Shown: in pieces, positions 1 to 6,802 of the stretch
How the letters are laid out: every line of letters starts with the position of its first letter
Position numbering within the stretch: the first letter of the stretch is position 1
Assembly: GCA_965242925.1 (NCBI GenBank)
Contig: CBDEUM010000029.1
Span: 1 to 64,000 of the forward strand
Length of the DNA stretch: 64,000 nt
Source: Roseibacillus sp.
GTDB lineage: Bacteria; Verrucomicrobiota; Verrucomicrobiia; Verrucomicrobiales; Akkermansiaceae
Direction of reading: 5' to 3'
Notes under the pieces: model-generated
What the model was told of the DNA's origin: nothing
Seen by the model: only the letters and a program-made list of their open reading frames with translations
Databases searched by the model: none
Program-made: the position numbers and the translations under genes

Positions 1-808
1 GCAACGATCCGCGCGGGTCGGAAGTGGAGGTCAGGATATCGAACCACCCGTCCTTGTTGAAATCCTCCACGACCACTCCGCCACAAAGGTCGAAGGTGTC
101 GACTCCCAGCTTGGGGGCGACATCGACAAATGGGTTGATGTCACTTCCCGCTTCGCCCGGTTCGAAATGCACCGGTGGAATGCGGAACGGCTCGGGGACC
201 GCATCGGGGTAGTGGCCGGTTGCCATCGTGGCCAGATTGAGGAGCCACTGCACCATTTCATCCCCCGGAGCCGATTTCAGGATCTCGCGCAAATCGGTGG
301 TGGCTGCTCTGGCTGGCGCGGCCACTTCGTGCAGCCCTCCGCCCGCCAGGGGGAAGATGCAGCACTGGGCGTTGTGGCGCTGGACGCAGTTCTCGATCTC
401 GGCCTCCCGCAAGGCAATCATGGCGCGCGCCTTTCGCAATTGGATCTTCTCCTGGGCCGAGAGTGCTTCCTCGTGTTGGAAGGCCGCATCGATGGCACGG
501 CGCGCCGCTTTACCCTCGCCTATCCGAACGTGATGAAACGCCAACTGGGCGAGGGACTTGCTCCGTTCCGCCGGAGCGAGGGTCCCCTGGTGCAGGGCGA
601 GGGTCAGCTCCGTGATCTGCTGGCGGCCGAAGTACCGGTTTTTCGAGTCCTCCAGTGCTTGGGCGTGGTGCAGGAATTCCCTTTCAATGTCGGAGGTCTC
701 CGGCTCCGGGCGCTCGGATGGTGGCTGATCTTCGCCTGAGCAACCGACGAAAAGAGCGAGGATTGCCGCGAGACCCACCGCGAAGGATGCTCGCAAGTTC
801 GACTGCAT
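1..808 (-). CDS. CRTAC1/FG-GAP (ASPIC-UnbV family) lipoprotein, 5' part; runs off the left edge and is absent from the ORF track
   Basis: Manual translation from ATG at 808 (RBS-like AGGAG upstream) gives MQSNLRASFAVGLAAILALFVGCSGEDQ (lipobox FVGC)...ENCVQRHNAQCCIFPLAGGGLH...WLLNLATMATGHYPDAVPEPFRIP...FVDVAPKLGVDTFDLCGGVVVEDFNKDGWFDILTS. The frame is open to base 2 and ends in an FG-GAP Ca-binding motif. Confidence 0.85.
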   Translation of the reverse strand, partial: MQSNLRASFAVGLAAILALFVGCSGEDQPPSERPEPETSDIEREFLHHAQALEDSKNRYFGRQQITELTLALHQGTLAPAERSKSLAQLAFHHVRIGEGKAARRAIDAAFQHEEALSAQEKIQLRKARAMIALREAEIENCVQRHNAQCCIFPLAGGGLHEVAAPARAATTDLREILKSAPGDEMVQWLLNLATMATGHYPDAVPEPFRIPPVHFEPGEAGSDINPFVDVAPKLGVDTFDLCGGVVVEDFNKDGWFDILTSTSDPRGSL

Positions 809-915
809 GGGCTCCTACCTTATTTCCGAGAGGATCCTGCTGTATAGTGCAATAAGGGGAATGGTCCGGATATTGGCTCGAAATTGGATTTTAGAATCGG
901 TATTCCCTCGAATGA

Positions 916-3900
916 ATGAGGGTTTTCAAGACAACACCGGCGCTTTTCACCGGGATTGTTCCAGCCGTCTTGTTCCTCATCCTCGTCGGTTGCAAACGTT
1001 CCGGGGAGGAAGAACTGCTCGAGACTGGGACGGAGGGCACGGCGGCCTTGATCCCACTGGCTGGGCGAGAGAAGGCGACGGCCCGGCTTCTCGATCCGGC
1101 AGAAGGTGGCTGGGAGATGGAGGTGTTCGCGGCTCAGGCCGAGGCGCAACTGGCTCGCCTGGCATCTTTGCTCTCCGGAGAGTCAAGTGCATGGAGCGAT
1201 CTTGGCGAACTGGTTGCAGAGGATGTCCTCACGGAGTTCGTGGATCCCGATGCCGGTGAGACCGTCTTCGAATCCGACGACGTTCGGGTGGCCCGCGGGG
1301 CTGAGAGTGCGACTGCCTCGCAAGCGAACTCTCGCAGCGGCCTTGCTTCCTGCGAAGACGCACTGAAGCGTCTGCAGGCCAATCTGCGCACGGAGCAGAA
1401 CAATCCGGTGGTCAAGGTTTCGTTGAAATTGATTGCAACAAATCCTCACGAAGATGGCACGGTCCGGACGACGATTCTCTATCATGCGAAGACTCGCTCC
1501 GCATCGGGACGCGACCAGATTCGAGCCCGCTGGAATTGCGATTGGTTGTGGGCGGAGGCATCGAGTCCACCGCTGATTCGACACTTCAAGGCAAGTGATT
1601 TCGAATCAGTTCAAAGTAAGAGCCCGCGTGTCTGGTTCTCCGATTGCACTCAAGCCGCCTTCGGGAAGAACCCTTCCTTCGGAAGTGAAATGGGGTTCGG
1701 AATGCACCATTGGCTCCAACGCGTTGGCCGGGTCCACGGGATGCTCTACTTTCAACGTCACGGAATCGCGGTAGGCGATGCCAATGGCGATGGGCTGGAT
1801 GACGTCTACGTCTGCCAGCCCGCAGGATTGCCCAACAAGCTCTTCCTTCATCAGCCGGACGGCTCGGCGCGTGATGCTTCCGCGGAGCTTGGGGTCGATT
1901 GGCTCGACAACACGGCGAGCGCGCTTTTTGTCGATCTGGACAACGACGGGGATCAGGATCTTGTCCTGGCCACCTTCGAAGGAACCCAGGTGCTGGAGAA
2001 TAACCCCGGAAGGGGTTTTCGTCCCGTTGCGAGGCTGGCTTCGGCGGACTACGATTTGCATGCGCTCTCTGCTGCGGACTACGACAACGACGGGGATCTT
2101 GATTTGTATGTCACAGTGGATTTTGCCCTGAACCCGAAGCGCCCCTTTCTCTATCACGATGCCAACGACGGCGGGCGCAATCAGCTCTTCCGCAACGACG
2201 GTGCCTGGAGATTCGTCGATGCAACCGAGGAGGCGGGACTTGGATTGAACAACGCGCGGCACAGCCTGGCGGCGGCCTGGGAGGACTACGACAACGATGG
2301 TGATCAGGACCTCTACATCGCAAACGACTATGGGAAGAACTGTCTCTACCGGAATGATGGCGGCAGGTTTTCCGAAATCGCAGAGAGAGCGGGAGCGGTC
2401 GATTACGGATCCGGCATGTCAGTGAGCTGGGCCGACTACGACCGGGACGGATGGATGGATCTCTATGTAGGCAATATGTTCTCCTCCGCGGGCAGTCGCA
2501 TCACGTCCCAGGAGAACTTCCTGACGAAAACCGGGCAGCCGGTCCGGTCGCTCTATCGCCGCTTTGTCCGCGGCAACAGCTGTTTTCGCAATGAGCAAGA
2601 TGGGACCTTTTCCGAAATGAGCGAAAAGAGCGGGGCCATGGTGGCGGGCTGGGCATGGAGTTCCGTTTTCACGGACCTCGATAACGATGGCTGGGAAGAT
2701 CTCTTTGTCGCCAACGGTTATATCACGACTCCGGATACCGGAGATTTGTGAAGTTTTTTCTGGCGACAGGTCGGGTCGTCAAGTGGGGTCTCGCTGGGAG
2801 GAGGTCTCGGAAGCGCAGCGGAGTCCTTTCTCGAGGTCGTCAAGCAGGGCCGCAGTTTCAGTGCGCGCGAAAGGCATCATTGCTTTCTCAATTTGCGGGA
2901 CGGATCGTTTTGCGATGTCTCGGCTGTTTCCGGACTGGATCTGCCCGACGACGGCCGCGGCGTTGCGCGGGCCGACTGGGATCGTGACGGGGATATCGAT
3001 TTCTTCGTTTCCAACCGCTCGGCGCCGCGGCTGCGGTTTTTCCGGAATGACCTCCCGGGGAGGAACGGCTTCATCGCCATCCGGCTCGAAGGAACGGTCG
3101 GCAATCGCGATGCGATCGGAGCCCGGGTCAACGTCCACCGGGGCGGGGAGGAGGATGTCCCCCTCGCCAAAACCCTTCGCGCCGGAGACGGATTCCTTTC
3201 CCAATCGTCCAAGTGGCTTCACTTCGGGCTGGGCGACCACCCCGGCCCGGTGACGGTGGAAGTGCGCTGGCCGGACGGATCCAGGGAGAGCTTTCCGGAT
3301 CTCGGCGGCAACGCATTCTATCGGCTCCGGGAGACAAGTGGCCGGGCCGAAGTCGTCCAGGTCGGGCGGGCCACACCCGCGAAACCTCTCTCGCCCGGTC
3401 CGGTCGTCCTGCCTGCTCCCTCCGGGTCTGCCAGGACTGTTTGTCTGAGCCGGATTCCACTCCCCGCCATCGATTCCCTGCCGCTCGACACCGGCAAACC
3501 GCTACTCGTGACCCTATGGGCGAGCTGGTGTGCGCCCTGTGTAACCGAACTGAAGGAGTTCGCAGAGAGGGAGGCCGAACTGCGCGCCACAGGTTGTGAC
3601 GTGATCGCCATTTCGGTCGACCCCATCACTCCGGGCGGGGACGAGGCGGCCGCTACACGGATTCTGCGCAAACTGGATTTCCCGTTTCGAAGGGGCTCCG
3701 CCAGCGAGGCAAGCATCGAAAAACTGCAGATGGTTCACGATCTCCAGTTCGATATTTTCACTGAGCTCCCTCTGCCCGCGAGTTTCCTGCTCGATCAGGA
3801 CGGCAAACTGGCCGTTTTCTACCGGGGCCGGCTTGAGGTTGCGACCCTTCTCCGCGATCTCCGGGAACTTGGTGCGGACGATGCGGCGCGCAGGAATTCC

Positions 3901-4476
3901 GCTGAGCTATTCGACGGGCAGTGGTTCGCGCCGCCGCGCCGCCTGAACTTTTTCCCGATCGGGTTGAAATTGTTGCAGCGTGGCTATGATCGGGAAGGGA
4001 TCGCCTACTACGAGCGTCACAAGTCATCATTTGCCGGACATCCGCAGTTCCAGAGGATGCTCGTTTTCCTGGGAGATGCCGCCAACCGCCTGGGCGACGG
4101 GAAGCGCGCTTTGATTGCTTATGAGGAGGCGATTGGCCGCTCGGCCGGCAAGGACAGCGCAGCCCTGCGGGGCGCGGCCTGGGTTCTGGCAGCCGATCCG
4201 AACTCGTCTCTTCGCGACGGCCACCGCGCAGTGGCCTATGCAGAGTCCGCCAGGAAACAAACGGGTGGAAAGGACGCAGCCGTCCTGGATGCCCTCGCCG
4301 CTGCATACGCCGAAATGGGAGACTTTTCTGCGGCAATCTCGAATGTAGAGGCCGCGCTCACGCTGCTGGGAGACAGAGGCGAGGCGCCTCGGGTGGAAAG
4401 CGTCAAGGCTCGCCGCAACCTCTATCTGAAGAAAAGGGCATTTCGGCGAGCCCCTCACGATGGCCACCTCGAATGA
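916..4476 (+). CDS. FG-GAP repeat / ASPIC-UnbV / TlpA-like redoxin / TPR lipoprotein with in-frame TGA at 2749-2751 (candidate selenoprotein, 1186 aa)
   Basis: ORFs 916-2751 and 2893-4476 are in the same frame and the 47 codons between them are open (SFFWRQV...GRSFSARERHHCFLN). Lipobox LVGC; repeated DxDxDGxxDL motifs; ASPIC/UnbV motif (NRDAIGARV...GDGFLSQS..LHFGLG); WASWCAPC redoxin motif; C-terminal TPR-like helices. Confidence 0.8.
2752..2788 (+). promoter_or_regulatory. Candidate bacterial SECIS element
   Basis: 9 nt after the TGA: stem TGGCGAC (2761-2767) / GTCGTCA (2775-2781), 7 bp with one G-U, and apical AGGTCGG. The E. coli fdhF SECIS apex is GCAGGUCUGC at a similar distance from its UGA. 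Confidence 0.65.
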
Positions 4477-4589
4477 GGGGGTCCGCCGAGGGGATTTTCA
4501 GGTCTCATGGATCGAGTGATCAGCTCCGTGCTTTACAGGGCGCAGGCGATTCCTCAGCGTGGCGATTGAACCAACCCGTTTCGCCTGCC

Positions 4590-5435
4590 ATGAATCTGAT
4601 TACCCGCCGCTCTGTCACCGCTCTGCTGCCGCTTTCTCTCCTCGCCGCCCTGGGCGTGGCAGTGAGTGCACCCGAGGCCTCGAAAACCGTCGCCAATGAC
4701 AGCAAGGAGGAGGGGGCGTCGCTCAAGGCGCTGCTGATCACCGGGGGATGTTGCCACGACTACAACCAGCAGAAGGTCATCATTCCCGGGGGCATCAGTC
4801 AGCGTGCCAAGGTGGACTGGACCATCGTCCACGAGGGGGGAACGTCCCGGGATCACAAGGTCAGCATCTATTCCAAGGAGGACTGGACCAGGGGATACGA
4901 CGTGATCGTGCACAACGAGTGCTTTGGTGGGGTGAAGGACGATGCTTTCGTGGAGGCTCTTGCCAAGGCGCACGAGACCACTCCGGCCGTGGTGCTGCAT
5001 TGCAGTATGCACAGTTACCGCGCGGCTCCAAAGGGGGCGGACGAGTGGCGCAGGTTCCTCGGGGTGACCTCGCGCAATCACGGGCGTCACGCCCCCATCA
5101 AGATGAAAAACCTCAAGCCCGATCATCCGGTCATGAAGGGCTTTCCCGCGGAGTGGACCACGCCCAAGGGCGAACTCTATCGGATTGAAAAGGTCTGGGA
5201 GACCGCCACCCCGCTGGTGGAGGGAACCTCCGGTCCAAAGGAGAATCACATCTGTGTATGGGTCAACGAATACGGGAAGAAGAAAAGCCGCGTGTTCGGG
5301 ACCACCATCGGCCATCACAATGAGACCATGCTGGAGCCCACCTATCTTGACCTCGTGACCCGCGGGTTGCTGTGGGCTACGGGGAAGCTGGGTGACGATG
5401 GCAAGCCGCTCCCGGGTTACGGGGTGAAGAACTGA
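4590..5435 (+). CDS. ThuA-like (class I glutamine amidotransferase-like) domain secreted protein
   Basis: Signal peptide from ATG 4590 (MNLITRRSVTALLPLSLLAALGVAVSA); motifs LLITGGCCHDY, HNECF, LHCSMHSYR, HPVMKG, ELY, VFGTTIGH. Confidence 0.8.
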   Translation: MNLITRRSVTALLPLSLLAALGVAVSAPEASKTVANDSKEEGASLKALLITGGCCHDYNQQKVIIPGGISQRAKVDWTIVHEGGTSRDHKVSIYSKEDWTRGYDVIVHNECFGGVKDDAFVEALAKAHETTPAVVLHCSMHSYRAAPKGADEWRRFLGVTSRNHGRHAPIKMKNLKPDHPVMKGFPAEWTTPKGELYRIEKVWETATPLVEGTSGPKENHICVWVNEYGKKKSRVFGTTIGHHNETMLEPTYLDLVTRGLLWATGKLGDDGKPLPGYGVKN

Positions 5436-5601
5436 ACCGGACAGGGAAGAAGGAGACGCTCTCCGCAGGTCGGAATTGGAGGTCTGGCGAGAGAGAGGTC
5501 GACAGAGGAAGGAGAGTCTGGTTTGTTGCGGAACTGCTGAACGGTGTCGCTGCCCCTTGGTGGTTGAAGCGAACGCCGGATAGTCGCCCCCCACAAAGAC
5601 C

Positions 5602-6588
5602 ATGAGAATGACGTCCTTTTCCCCGCTGGCTGGCTTCGCGCTGGGCGTGAGCTTGCTTGTCGCCCAGGAGGAAAGGCCCGAGGGAGAGCCCCCGTTTCCT
5701 GATCCCGTTCCGGTTCAGGTCGAGGTGGAAGTGCAGGGAGAGGGTCAGATTGAGATCGAGGTGGAAGTGCAGGGGGAGGGTCAGATTGAGATCGAGGTGG
5801 AAGTGCAGGGGGAGGGTCAGCTTGAGGGGAAACCCGGACTGAGGATTGAAATTCCCGCCCCACCGGCTGGTGGACCCAGAGCCCCCGGGTTTCTCGGGGT
5901 GAGTGCTGGTGAGCTGCCGGCCGCCCTCGCCGATCAACTCAAGCTGGACCATGGCGTGCGCCTGACGGAAGTGAATGCCGACAGCCCGGCGGGCAAGGCC
6001 GGCCTTGAAGTCGACGACATCATTCTCGGGGTGAACGGCAAGCAGGTGGGGAACATGCTGCAATTGCGTGACGCGATTACCGCTCACAAGCAGGGCGACG
6101 AAGTCACGCTCAAGCTGATCCAGAAAGGCAAGCAGGTGGAGAAGAAGGTCACCCTCGCGGCTCGTCCTGCTCTTCCGCAGATCGTGCTGCCTGCGGGGGT
6201 CTTCCAGGGTGGGGGCATCCAGATCGTCCCCAACGGGATCCAGCGGTTACAGCGTTTCGGCCTTGGAGAAAACGGTTTCAAGATGCGTGACAATGATGGC
6301 TCGGTGGAAGTGAGCGGAGAGGTTGAAGATCGCGAAGTCACGGTCTGGGACCTGTCCAACAAGATTATCTACGAGGGTCCCTGGGTCACCCCCCAGGACA
6401 AGGCCGCGCCTCCCCAGAAGATGCGCAGGCGCATTGAGCGGGTGGAAAAGACGTTCGCTCTCCGCCTTCAGCGTCAGCCCTTTGCCCTCCCTCAACGGGT
6501 GCCTAATCCGGCCCCGCGTCCCCAGGTCCGTCCCAAGGTTGAAGAGGATCCCAGGCCCAAGGAGAAGGACGGGGAGCCTGAGGAGTAG
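5602..6588 (+). CDS. Secreted PDZ domain-containing protein
   Basis: Signal peptide; PDZ signature FLGV...GVRLTEVNADSPAGKAGLEVDDIILGVNG; no protease domain seen. Confidence 0.8.
   Translation: MRMTSFSPLAGFALGVSLLVAQEERPEGEPPFPDPVPVQVEVEVQGEGQIEIEVEVQGEGQIEIEVEVQGEGQLEGKPGLRIEIPAPPAGGPRAPGFLGVSAGELPAALADQLKLDHGVRLTEVNADSPAGKAGLEVDDIILGVNGKQVGNMLQLRDAITAHKQGDEVTLKLIQKGKQVEKKVTLAARPALPQIVLPAGVFQGGGIQIVPNGIQRLQRFGLGENGFKMRDNDGSVEVSGEVEDREVTVWDLSNKIIYEGPWVTPQDKAAPPQKMRRRIERVEKTFALRLQRQPFALPQRVPNPAPRPQVRPKVEEDPRPKEKDGEPEE
5720..5826 (+). repeat. Intragenic 36-bp tandem repeat, ~3 copies, encoding (EVEVQGEGQIEI)n
   Basis: Unit TCGAGGTGGAAGTGCAGGGRGAGGGTCAGATTGAGA starts at 5720, 5756 and 5792; copies near-identical, no spacers. 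Confidence 0.95.
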
Positions 6589-6802
6589 ACATTGATTTCG
6601 ATGTTCACTGCGTCCGAATTCGTTTTTCAAGGGCAGACAGGGTTCCGGGCGAGAAACCTTGTGACGGGATCTGCGGTCCCCCCTGAACCGGGGGAGGAGA
6701 CTCTCTAATCACCCCAAGAGGTGGCAGGGAAGAGCAAGATTGGCAAGCGGTCTGGCATTGGATAGACCACTCGCAAGGGCCACCTGACTAACCGGATTTT
6801 CC

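Noticed and set aside
167..739. Plus-strand ORFs at the left edge
   Set aside because: They are antisense shadows of the minus-strand CRTAC1-like gene starting at 808.
2749..2751. Genome-wide UGA reassignment (genetic code 4 or 25) as the explanation for the in-frame TGA
   Set aside because: Conserved genes here end at TGA at their expected C-termini (xseA 59653, sucC 60946, suhB-like 62645) and Trp is encoded by TGG.
2687..3253. Alternative-frame ORFs 2687-3253 and 2748-2987 as a frameshift route around the TGA
   Set aside because: Their translations are Arg/Ser-rich without family motifs, while the original frame continues with family-like sequence.
5720..5826. 36-bp repeat as a CRISPR array
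   Set aside because: Units are contiguous without spacers, in frame inside a CDS, and no cas genes are present.
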